A stretch of 62,902 bases of DNA, counting the filler, from Octopus bimaculoides (taxonomy: Eukaryota): NCBI RefSeq assembly GCF_001194135.2. It is 7 parts of 5 records of this genome, joined end to end, with 100 filler letters (N's around TTAATTAATTAA, not from the genome) between each part and the next. Parts side by side here need not be neighbours in the genome. Positions count along the whole stretch, not along the records: positions 1 to 29,381 come from NC_068982.1; 6 more parts are not named here. One strand, written 5' to 3'. How positions within the stretch are numbered: the first letter of the stretch is position 1; every line of letters begins with the position of its first letter. The position numbers were made by a program, and so were the translations under genes. This document shows, one piece after another, positions 12,328-22,847 of the stretch. Below the pieces are notes generated by a model. The model had not been told where the DNA came from. It made no database searches and worked only from the letters and a program-made list of their open reading frames with translations.

Positions 12328-12585
12328 ATTGTTTTTATTTAAAAAAAATTAATTTTGAAAAAATTTATTTTGAAAAATTAATTTTGAAAAAAAAAGTTAA
12401 GAATTTTTTAAATGATTTTGTTATTATTAAGCTTTGATTTGCAACAGAAATTAACATGAAATTCTGATTGAAAGTTAATTTTGATCACTTTAAAACAGGC
12501 AGTTTGTATCACAAAAACCAAGAGTAGTCTCAGATGGTATCAAAAGGATTTAACAGGAGATTCCATTATAATTTATTGTACTTAC

Positions 12586-12749
12586 TTTTTGCAGACTTCT
12601 TCGTGTACTGATGCTAGAGCCTCTTTGGCATGTTTACTCATTCCAGTGCCAGCAGAAACTGTGCAAGCACTCAGCTTAAGATCTGTAGTCTTTTTGACCT
12701 TCTTGCCATAATAATCTTTGACTTGGTCATAAACAGCTTTGTCACACAT
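12586..12749 (-). CDS. AS3MT: Arsenite methyltransferase, first coding exon (MCDKAVYDQVKDYYGK...LSAC...HEEVCK)
   Basis: ATG at 12749, 4 nt after an AG acceptor with a pyrimidine tract. 54 codons + 2 nt, then GTAAG donor at 12585. The YYG...C...HEEV pattern matches the AS3MT N-terminus. Confidence 0.9.
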
Positions 12750-12848
12750 TGTACTTTGGTAACAATACATGCAAAGAGAGAAAGAAATAGAGAAATATTT
12801 TGAGCTTGATATGTCAGAAAATTTTATGAATAAATTACTATCTCTTAC

Positions 12849-12958
12849 AAACTGAAATTAAATAATAACGATTTCCTTTGACAAAACCAGTACTTCCCAG
12901 CCTGGAGTGTACAAACTCCTGAAATTCCACAAAGTTAGTACTGGGGGATCCATGAGCT
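12849..12958 (-). other. Putative 5' UTR exon of AS3MT
   Basis: AATAG acceptor and GTAAGA donor, followed by a 95-nt intron-like segment ending in a pyrimidine tract and AG just before the start exon. No in-frame ATG. No transcript evidence. Confidence 0.35.
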
Positions 12959-13074
12959 CTATTCAAAATTTTAAAAGGATGCAGTATTTCTTTTATTCTT
13001 TTACTTCTTTCAGTAATTTGACTGCAGCCATGCTGGAGCACCACCTTTAGCAGAAGTGTTAAGACCAATCCTGC

Positions 13075-13364
13075 TGGTGGTGTAAAGCACCTGTGCGGTG
13101 GCACATAATAGAGCCCGTGTGACAGCACATGAAAGCACTGTGTGGCAACACATAAAAGTGCTTGTGCAGTGCTACATACAAGCATCTGTGTAGTGCTACG
13201 TAAAAGCACCCAGCACACACTGTAAAGTGGTTGGTGATAGGAAGGGCATCCAGCTGTAGAAACCATGCCAAATCAGATAGGAGTCTGGTGCAACTCCTCA
13301 GCTTGCAAGCTTTTGTCATACCATCCAACCCATGCTAGCATGGACAACAGATGTTAAATGATGA
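13075..13364 (+). mobile_element. Retroposon family B with an internal tandem array of about 23 nt
   Basis: 5-6 degenerate GTGCYACRTAAAAGCAC-like units before the GGAAGGGCATCC module. Confidence 0.7.
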
Positions 13365-13387
13365 TAATATACATATAGACAGAGAGA

Positions 13388-13768
13388 GGTACAGGAGTGG
13401 CTGTGTGGTAAGAAGTTTGCTTCTCAACCACATGGTTCCAGGTTCAATCCCACCGTGTGGCACCATAGGTAAGTATCTTCTACTATAGCCACAGGCCTAC
13501 CAAAGCCTTGTGAGTGGATTTCGTAGACGTAAACTGAAAGAAGCCAGTCATATATATGTATATATATATGTATGTATGTGTTTGTCCCCCACACCATCAC
13601 TTGACAACTGATAGTGTGTTTACATCACTGTCGCTTAGCAGTTTGACAAAGAGAGACCGATAGAATAAGTACTAGGCTTACAAAGAAGAAGTCCTGGGAT
13701 CGATTAATCCGCCTATGGGTGGTGCTCCAGCATGGCCGCAGTGAAATGACTGAAACAAGTAAAAGAAT
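13388..13768 (+). mobile_element. SINE family A
   Basis: Collinear with 9398-9807. Confidence 0.8.
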
Positions 13769-14235
13769 ATGTGTGTGTGTGTGTGTGTCTCTCTCTCTTT
13801 CTCAGTAGAGAGATGAAACTGACATAAATTTGTTGTTAGTCAATTCAGATAATAGAAAAACTTCAAAAGTCTGGTGTCAAAGAGAAAATTCATTTAAACA
13901 AAAGGGTCCCTGACAGTGAAAAGTTTATGTGCCACTCGACTGAACCAAAAAAGCAAACCAAACTTTTGTAGAAGGGTAAAGATATTGAAATAACATTAGT
14001 TATTTACAGTATTTATTGCATTGATATTGCTCATGCCTCTTCTATGAAGAATAGAAACTGAATACAAAAAAAAAAAAATTATTACATTTCAATAACTGGG
14101 AGATTGCATGCATAATGGATAAGGGGGCAGCTTACTACTTCCTGTGTTGATAATATACCTTTATTACTTAATCTCCTTATTACTGTTAAAATATTTCAGT
14201 AATGTCCAATACAATTTCTATGTTTAAAATTAACA

Positions 14236-14632
14236 TAGGCGTAGGAGTGGCTGTATGGTAAGTAGCTTGCTTACCAACCACATGGTTCCGGGTTCAGTCC
14301 CACTGCGTGGTACCTTGAACAAGTGTCTTCTACTATAGCCTCGGGCTGACCAAAGCCTTGTGAGTGGATTTGGTAGACGGAAACTGAAAGAAGCCTGTCG
14401 TATATATGTATATATATATGTATGTGTGTCTGTGTTTGTCCCCCAAGCATCATTTGACAACTGATGGTGGTGTGTTTACGTCCCCGTAACTTAGTGGTTC
14501 GGCAAAAGTGACCGATAGAATAAGTACTAGGCTTCCAAAGAATAAGTCCTGGGGTCAATTTGCTTGACTAAAAGGCGGTGCTCCAGCATGGCCGCAGTCA
14601 AATGACTGAAACAAGTAAAGGAGTAAAGAGTA
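14236..14632 (+). mobile_element. SINE family A, full length
   Basis: Collinear with 9398-9807, low divergence. Confidence 0.85.
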
Positions 14633-14829
14633 TGGCTGTAGCAGCCAACAGTGATCTTCAAATATACAATAATAAACTAAACAATAAACAACATACCTAC
14701 TTTGTGCCCCATGCAATAAACCACTGCTTAACTCCAGAAAAAAAATTGCCAAAATAAATATTCTAAGTAGATTCTTTCATCAAAGAATGAAAATATTAGA
14801 TATAGTCTCTCTTCAAAGCAATGAAACAC

Positions 14830-15225
14830 ACTTCAGTTTCTGATTTTATTATATTTGAACACCTTTTTGAGTTCCATGTGTCTAATACACGTGGGCATGC
14901 CCACAAAGTCAGAAAAAAGCACAGCTCCTATGACTTTTGGAAACATTTTTCACACTTAGAATTGCTAAAGCATGGAAAAACTATCTGCATCACTTGTTGG
15001 TTGCCGAGACATTGCATCCTTTAAAACCTCCATGCTTCCTGAAATTTGCCAACACTACATCTGATATCCCCACCTCCATACACATGCACACATGTATATC
15101 ATGACTCATATACTGTTCACTTTCCTGACTTTTGTACATAATTCCATATACTATACATGCACCTTTGATGAGTTGTAGTGCACCTGAGCACTATACACAA
15201 TAATTTCATTATTATTCTTATTATA
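14830..15225 (+). mobile_element. CR1-type LINE 3' fragment
   Basis: NTRGHAHKVRK...F(fs)TLRIAKAW...ASFKTS matches the CR1 ORF2 C-terminus, followed by a 3' UTR and an (ATT)-like tail. Confidence 0.65.
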
Positions 15226-15470
15226 TTTGATTATTTAATCTAGTGGTTTCCAACCGGAGTCCATACAAGATCTTGTTAAACTATATCCGCAATAAATTGG
15301 CTATACTTCTACAATGCACAAAATATTTTCATTCTTTTAATACAATTCCTAATAGTATCCAAATCATATAAAAATATAGTGAGAATTTACAAAAAAAAAA
15401 CCAAAAGACGAAGACGGGTGTGTAAACAACAAACAGATGTATTAGTTTAACGCTCCGGAAGTGAGAAAGT

Positions 15471-15506
15471 CTTTTACGTTTCGAGCCTATGCTCTTTGAC
15501 AGAAAG
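15471..15506 (-). ncRNA. Hammerhead-like motif with a non-canonical core, within a dispersed repeat
   Basis: CUUU CUGUCAA A GAGC-AUAG-GCUC GAAA CG UA/ AAAG. Flanking repeat (CGAGCGTTAAACTAATACAT-like) is shared with 58677-58760. Confidence 0.45.
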
Positions 15507-16109
15507 GAACACAGAAATAAATAGGAAAAATAGGATGTTTTTAAACATTAAATGGCTATGAGGAGCCATCTGAGTAAAATAGGAATCAAAAGGTTAAAAA
15601 AATAGGAGTTTAGAGGAGAACCACTGATTTAGTTCAATGTTACTAGAATTTAATGTGTTAATTTGTAATTTGCAATTCAACAGTAACTACTCAAAGCAAG
15701 TTCTGTATATTGTTTGATGAAGTATTTGGGGACAGACATTCAGCATTAAGTAGTAAGAAACAAAGTTGAGAACAGCAAGAAATTTTGGATAAAGGTAGGA
15801 ATATTGAATTGGATGATGGTTTAGAAAGGCAGAATAGAAGGAAGATAGTGTCTAATAACCAAACCAATCACTTTATTGTATTTCTCCATGGTTGAAAGCT
15901 GAAAATTTATCCAGTGTCCTTATTAGTTTAAAGCACTTAAAGACGCAGTTGTTGTTTAGATCCAAGACAATCTTGAGTGAGCAGATTTATAAACAAAAGC
16001 ATTCCAATCCCCAATGCAAACCTTCAGATCAACCTTTTCCTATGCAGATCTCTAATGCAACTTTAAAAAAAACACTCAATGAGTGGAAATAACCAATGAA
16101 CTGATTTCT

Positions 16110-16276
16110 TATGGGATTTCCCAATCAAATTTCCAGCAAACCATTATCAGCCAAACCAATTTCAATGGATTTCGCTCAAATCTGATGTCCATGTTACTTA
16201 TTTTGGTTTGAAATAAAGCACTTGATCACTTAATAATCCTAGCTTAATCCCAAGCAGCGCCGGGCTATACTGCTAG
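16110..16276 (+). mobile_element. Helitron-like 3' end
   Basis: CCCAAGCAGCGCCGGG hairpin, then CTAG-T at 16273-16277. The 5' boundary is uncertain. Confidence 0.45.
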
Positions 16277-17657
16277 TAATATATATAATATATATCTTGG
16301 ATGAATGATGTGACTTAAGGCTACATTATCTAATGTACCCTTTTATTTCTAAAGATGTTAAAGTGTAATTTAAGGGACATATGGATGCTCTTTATTAAGG
16401 TCAAGTGACATGTATGTCAACACAATGGTGAGATTGGTGGAATGAAGAAGAAAAGTATAGGAGGAATTGTGCATAATATGCAGACGCATTCTCCGTGGGA
16501 GGATGGCTTATAGAACCAAGTACTAAATCTTTGATAATCCAAATACACTGATTGCCTTTGGTGCCTTTAGCAGAGTATACTCCGTTGCAAGCATATGGGG
16601 GCAGGTTCCCAGTTTTGGAGACCCTGGAAAGGGTATGAACACTCCACAGTTACCTCTGACTAACTCATAAAGGAACTTAAATATTCATATGCAACTTAGA
16701 GGAACGCTAAAGCTTGTAAAAAGAGCTGTAATGCAATCTTGTAAAACTTCTGCACTTTCTCCAGGCTCAAACGCAAGCCCCTGCAGTTAAACTTACCAAA
16801 ATAGCTTTCATTTACCTTGTCGCAAAATAGTGACAGCAACAGCATATCATCAGTATTTTCTGGCAATGTCAATATCATTCAATATTCCAGTAGACAATAA
16901 TGATTTTGTTACTGACAGTGAACAAGATAAAACAGAAGCTTGTAGCTGTTGTTTGAGCAAAGTCATAGCATCCTGTTTTGCTCTAAGGCAGAACGTATGC
17001 AGGATTTCATTATGCAGTAAGTGCATTTCTAAACAGGGTAGTGTGATTTTATGGACATCTGACGACACAAAATACCACATAGAAGTCCACCATACTTATT
17101 GCTTTTGGAGATGATAGATAGCAAATTCATATCCAATGCAAATACTAGTACGCATACTAAAAGCTGTATCTATTATTTAAAATTTGCATACGCACTAATT
17201 ATAAAATATGCAGAGTACTGTGCCCAAGTTGCGGGCAAGCAGTTGGGGCGACAAGCCCACTAATGCCACAAATGTAATTCAAGAAGTCGATTCTCTAAAT
17301 TAAGCATGAAATATTCATCGTAAATTAAGTTGGTCCTAATTATATTTGATAAAGAAAAAATAATATTCTTTCTGTCATCTTTCAAGTAACTAGTTTTACC
17401 AGGTTTTCAATAGCTTTTTAACTTCTCACAATATACTATACGAACGTTTATTCTCGTCAACAGGTAGGTTCTGGTATAAAGAGAACAGGTAAAAACTAAT
17501 AACAATAAATAACATGTGCTTATATGCTTCTTCGGACTAGACACACAGGTACTGAATATTTCTGAAATGTATCGGGAGTAAGAATGCAAAGTTGTGCTAT
17601 GTTTTTTTTTTTTTAATATGAACATAAAAGAAACACAAGTGCAGATGGTACACTTAC

Positions 17658-17800
17658 CACCCGTTCAAATAATACAAAAGAAGTATACAAAATGACTAAA
17701 GTGCGGGTGTCTAACCGAATAATCTCCGGTCAAAGATAATAGATTAAAAGAAAGGGCGGAGGTAAAGAATACGTACACCACCCGTTTTCGGTGTAACAAC
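17658..17800 (-). other. Putative first (non-coding) exon of AS3MT
   Basis: Perfect GTAAGT donor at 17657-17652 in a CpG-richer, non-repeat island. The 5' boundary is a guess. Confidence 0.25.
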
Positions 17801-18440
17801 AACCTTAATATTGACCACTAAACACCGAATGTACGTATTGTTTACTTTCGTCAAAAGGAAAATAAGTGAACAACAAATGAATAACATCGACTTCTCGGAG
17901 AAAACTAGAATAGGGGTGCTTACACGTTAGAAATAGCATCTAAATTCCTTCAAATTGCATCTATCGCCTTAAAAACGAAGGAAGGCCACATTTATCAATA
18001 TTGGCCGTGATAAAAAAAAAAAATTTTTAAGACTTGGCAGATCAAAACTGGAATATACAGATTAAAGACCACTTCGATCAAGCTTGACCTGGGGTTATAT
18101 ATATATATATANNNNNNNNNNNNNNNNNNNNNNNNNNNNNNNNNNNNNNNNNNNNNNNNNNNNNNNNNNNNNNNNNNNNNNNNNNNNNNNNNNNNNNNNN
18201 NNNNNNNNNNNNNNNNNNNNNNNNNNNNNNNNNNNNNNNNNNNNNNNNNNNNNNNNNNNNNNNNNNNNNNNNNNNNNNNNNNNNNNNNNNNNNNNNNNNN
18301 NNNNNNNNNNNNNNNNNNNNNNNNNNNNNNNNNNNNNNNNNNNNNNNNNNNNNNNNNNNNNNNNNNNNNNNNNNNNNNNNNNNNNNNNNNNNNNNNNNNN
18401 NNNNNNNNNNNNNNNNNNNNNNNNNNNNNNNNNNNNNNNA

Positions 18441-18579
18441 ATGCCACACACTAGACTTCCCCAAATAAACACATTTTAGTACCGAATGCGAGGAAAAACA
18501 ACTTTTGAAAGAAACCAACATTTTTTTTCTCGCATTCGGTACTAATATGTGTTTATTTGGGAAGTCTAGTGTGTGACAT
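18441..18579. repeat. About 58-bp inverted repeat with a loop of about 22 nt
   Basis: ATGCCACACACTAGACTTCC...ACCGAATGCGAG pairs with CTCGCATTCGGT...GGAAGTCTAGTGTGTGACAT. Starts at a gap edge. Confidence 0.8.
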
Positions 18580-18596
18580 TATTCTGTAATAATGCC

Positions 18597-18643
<47 letters not shown>

Positions 18644-18887
18644 TACAAAGGCGTGACACATATAAGTTAATTCTTAAAATCATTAAAGTAGTTAAGTTTT
18701 AGGGCTTCATAATATAGATTCCGTTCATTGACTGGCAAGCAATAAAATTAAGCAAAAGTCACATTACTGACAATATAAAACAACACAGCATACCTTAATA
18801 CGAGGCGTAAACCACTTGAAACAATTAAATTAACAGCGAGCAACTGCAGAGTTGCACATGTAATAAATCGTTTTGCCAAGTCTTTTG

Positions 18888-18918
18888 CAGGAAGTGACGT
18901 CAATTTTACATGCGCATG
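18888..18918. promoter_or_regulatory. Candidate promoter motifs: ETS-CRE composite (CAGGAAGTGACGTCA) plus NRF1-like palindrome (CATGCGCATG)
   Basis: Both motifs are directly visible, 6 nt apart, upstream of the AS3MT 5' region. Function is inferred from vertebrate motif knowledge. Confidence 0.4.
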
Positions 18919-19145
18919 GCTTTTTAATTACTGCAGCTTTGGAGAACTTTACATTTCTGGATCTAAATTTAAATATATAAATAGATCACTCTGTGGCTCC
19001 TTGACCAACTAAAAAAGCAGCCATCGATAATTTATCAATATACTGGGTTTGGGGGCTAAATTTGACAGTTTGCATTAAAGGAAACACAATATTCCATCCA
19101 AAAATAAAAGTGTTTTAAAAAGATTTTTTAAATATCAACTACAAT

Positions 19146-19474
19146 TAGTGGTTTCCAAAGTGGGCGGTATTACCCCCACTCGACCCTGGGGGTGGTGGAA
19201 AGTTCCGGAAAGTTCCAAGGGGACATTGAAGAAAAGTGGGGTGATAATCGGGATACGGTTCATGTAAAAAGTGGGGAAATAATGGGGTAGCGATTCATGT
19301 AAAATCAACAAAATAATGGGTTCATTAGGTTAAGTTTTATTTGTGAAATACTATTGCTTTAAATTTGCTTCAGAAAGAGGTTTATGTTTGTGATGGTTAG
19401 TTGTGGTAGAGGCACTAGGAATGTGGTCTGGGTGTTAAGCAAGCAGCAGCTTGAAAAACGTTTGGGAACCACTG
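19146..19474. mobile_element. hAT-type MITE
   Basis: TAGTGGTTTCCAAA...TTTGGGAACCACTG TIRs (CAGTGGTTCCCAA type). The 8-bp TSD is not recognisable. A similar left end occurs at 15241. Confidence 0.6.
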
Positions 19475-19479
19475 AATTA

Positions 19480-20300
19480 CATTATGGCTGGGAGATAACA
19501 GTTTATTCAAAATAGCTTCCACTACAACCCCAAGATGGCTCCAGAACCTGGTGCATGCACTCCTCACTGTGTCCCTGGGAAAATCACCAAACACCTCCTT
19601 GATCTTAGCCACCAGTTCAGCAGAGCAGTTGGTGTCTTTCTCAACCACACCCTACACAGTAAGTCCATGGGATCACAGTCGGGGGAATTAGGAAACCAGC
19701 AATTGGGGCTGATGAAGTTGTAGAAATTCTCCAGTAACCACTTCTGACTTTTTCTGGAAATGTGACAAGGTGCCAAATCCTGTCACCACACATTTGGCCC
19801 TCCAGCAGCAACCCTCTCCAGCCAGGATTTCACCACAGTCTCCAGTACCTTCACATAGCCATCTGAATTGAACCTAAGGTCCTTGTGGTGTTTGTGTTGT
19901 TATGGGCTGTGATGAGCTATGTGGTGTTGGTGGAGAGGATTGCAGATGAAGCAAACGGAAGTGAAGACTGCAGGGATCGGTGGAAGAGCCACGGGGGGGG
20001 GGCAGAAAAGCCACAGGGGCATGCGTGGGCACAAAGCACGTGCAGGCAGTTCGATGAGAGACGGTGCATGTGAAAGGTCGTGTTTTTATCAGGTCAGTGA
20101 TCGCTCATCCCACCACGGTCAACAGGTAAGGTCTCAGTAGTTCTTTCTCCCTTTTGCTTCTTTTTCTGTTGTCTTTCTCCTCCATCACGCTACAGTCCTG
20201 TTCAAAGATGTGGGATGGCATGACATCATCCTCACTGGAGACATCACTAAAGACCATCACCGTTCTCAGGGAAACTTGGTTTTAATGATGTCCATGTCAT
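19480..20300 (-). mobile_element. Tc1/mariner transposase relic, DD37D (maT) type; frameshifted, internally deleted, split by a solo LTR
   Basis: VMVFSDVSSEDDVMPSHIFEQDLRFNSDGYVKVLE...QDLAPCH...WFPNSPDCDPMD; 37 residues counted between the second and third D. Confidence 0.8.
19884..20194. mobile_element. Solo LTR (311 bp)
   Basis: TG...CA termini with a perfect 5-bp TSD GTCCT (19879-19883, 20195-20199). Removing it restores the transposase codons FEQDLRF. Confidence 0.85.
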
Positions 20301-21249
20301 GTCTTACATCCTTTACAATGTTTACAAAGCATTGAGTAGGACATTTTGACACCCTGCACAAATCACCATGATACAGGTAACTCTTTTCCCATATTCAGAT
20401 GGCTTCTAGTTCACCATGTCAGCTAAATTTTTCTCAACTACAAATATAATCTTTATGCTCTCCAACATCATTGACTGTTCATCAATACATCAAGATGTTC
20501 CTGAAAAAAGGAGATATAAAAAGTTTGTCAGATTTAGTTCAAACACACTGTATCTATATAAAAACCAATCTCTCTCTGTCTCTCTTTCTAGTTAGACCAA
20601 TGTTCATAACCATTTTTTGCATATGGGCCCCTTTGAATGCTATTTTACTCAGGTGACCCCTCCACCATAATCATTTGATCTTTAAAAGGATTCTGTTGGT
20701 TGAATTTGCCATTAACAGCAGGTCACAGAGATGCACAGCTAGCTGAGGATCTGGACATCAAGTTGGACAACATTCTGAAAGGAGATGCAACTAGGAATAT
20801 AAGATACCATGATGCAAATTGGATACCAAGATACTTTTAGCATGAAAGAAAGAAAAACTGGCAAGTCACATGGCTGCAGGACTAACAAAAGAGCTGAGAT
20901 TGCTGAAGAAAGGTGGGGTAAAAAAATGATGAAGAAAAGGAAGTTATAAACTATCTGAGCTCAGAGCTAAAGAAAAAGTTTTACAACATCATAGAGCAGA
21001 GGTAATCTGGAAAAAGCAAAGAAAGAGAGAGAGAGAGATAGACAGACAGAGAGAGACATAGATAGACAGAAAGAGACATAGACAGACAGAGAGAGACATA
21101 GACAGACAGAGAAAGACAGAGGCAAAAGTAGAGAGAGGCCTGTTTCAACAACCCCTAACGGTTCATAGCCAACCTCCTTGAAGAGCTGAAAAATGACTTA
21201 TTTAGGTTAGGAAAGTAGCAGCAGAACAGAGCAACCTCAGGAAACATAC

Positions 21250-21700
21250 CACTTGGAGACTAGTTTTTCCTCTGACTAATGTTCAAGTCACATACTTCTT
21301 TCAATGTGGAAAATTTCATTTTTGATGAAGTAAGGACAGTCATGCAGGGTGTGCCCATCTGGTTTCACTGACGATCAAAAAATCCCAGCTAAGTTGCCTA
21401 TTACACACACACACATTCTCCCACTTACAAAATCATTAAAACTGCCAACCAGTTGAAAAAGCTAAATACTTTTCATGAGGCTCTTGTTACAAGATGGCAT
21501 GCGGTCTCATTCATCATTGAAGTTGGCTGCCATGAACAGCACCCTAGTTTTTGCAGAAGATCAAATTGGAATCCAAACAACCACAGTAAGCGTGACAGCT
21601 GACACCAGCTTAAAGAGGTTGTGGTTGACAGGCACAGGTAGATGGAACTCTTCTGCAGGGGAGGGTCAATTCAGCCCTTGCTGCTTCACTCAAGTGAACA
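21250..21700 (+). mobile_element. Possible highly decayed RLE-type (HERO-like) LINE C-terminus
   Basis: LVFP, IEVGC and RLWL...W in different frames at roughly the expected order. Weak. Confidence 0.3.
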
Positions 21701-21790
21701 GGATTAAAAGCTCATGATCCTGAGACAGCTGTTCCCAACATGCAACTGTAACACACCAGCATCAATTGTCAAGCAATGCTAGGGGGACAA

Positions 21791-21853
<63 letters not shown>

Positions 21854-22740
21854 TATCACGGGCTTCTTTCAGTTTCTGTCTACCAAATCACTCAAGGCTT
21901 TGGTAGGCCCAAGGCAATAGTAGTAGACACTTGCCCAAGATACCACACAGTGGGACTGAACCCGGAACCATGTGGTTGGTAAGCAGGCTACTTACCACAC
22001 AGCCACTCCAGAGTGATTTTGTTTTAGTCTTGAGGTACGCTGTGTTTTTAAACACAATACATCTTTAAATAGGTCTCCCTGGCCAAAGTACCACAGCTAC
22101 ACAGTGTTTAATAATGCACATACATTAAATATTTCATATTGATAATATTTACATTACTTAAGCTACCTCAAACAGAAATTTTAATATACTAGACATAAAT
22201 ATATAACTACAAAGTATAAATATCCACACTACCACACTTGAAACATACCTGTTATAACTCCTTATCTCGATTTGAATGTACGTGAAGGTATTTAGAATGC
22301 CCAAACTTATTTCTGCAAATGTGCTGAGCACTGATGCTGATCATAGTTTGATCAATAAGCATAGGAGTGAGTTAAATACAGTAAAAATAGGTGGGGGGGG
22401 TCAATAGGGCCCCATTTAAGCAGCCCTTCAGAAATTGAACCTCCTTACAATACTCCCTGGGTGTTCATGGTATGAAATTCATTGTCATTGCTCCAATTTG
22501 GTTGCCAAAGCCATGTATTTAGAAAATTACTATTTTTAAATCTCACAACGTGAGATATTCAGCAACAGTACTTTGTAGTAAAGATTGTTTGCCAAAATAA
22601 CATGTCAGTCCTGGTTTAGGACTAATGTTGCTGTAATTTAGCCCCAGGAGACATCATCTCCAGCTGGCTATACGACACGAACTGTGTCCTTATATTTTCG
22701 AACAAGGGAATCTAGCACCCCCACTCAGCTCAAAACAATA

Positions 22741-22786
22741 TCTGTGTATCACGATTTCTGGACTATTTCCCCTTCATAAGGACAGA
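22741..22786 (-). ncRNA. Decayed hammerhead motif (left arm of palindrome)
   Basis: Mirror copy of 22803-22847 with core CUUAUGA (G5 to U) and a broken first pair of stem I. Confidence 0.55.
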
Positions 22787-22802
22787 ATAGCTGAACAATT
22801 AT

Positions 22803-22847
22803 TCTGTGCTGATGAAGGAAAATAACCCAGAAATCGTGATACACAGA
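22803..22847 (+). ncRNA. Minimal type-I hammerhead ribozyme motif (right arm of palindrome)
   Basis: UCUGUG CUGAUGA AGGAAAAUAACCCA GAAA UCGUGA UA/ CACAGA: 6-bp stem I, intact core, weak stem II, near-palindromic stem III, AUA triplet. Confidence 0.65.

Noticed and set aside
13075-13212. Regularly spaced repeats of about 23 nt as a CRISPR array
   Set aside because: Eukaryotic context, no unique spacers, and part of a retroposon.
17995-18521. Long ORFs made of X (also at 31.1, 32.5, 43.6, 46.5, 58.7 and 61.0 kb)
   Set aside because: They only span N gaps.
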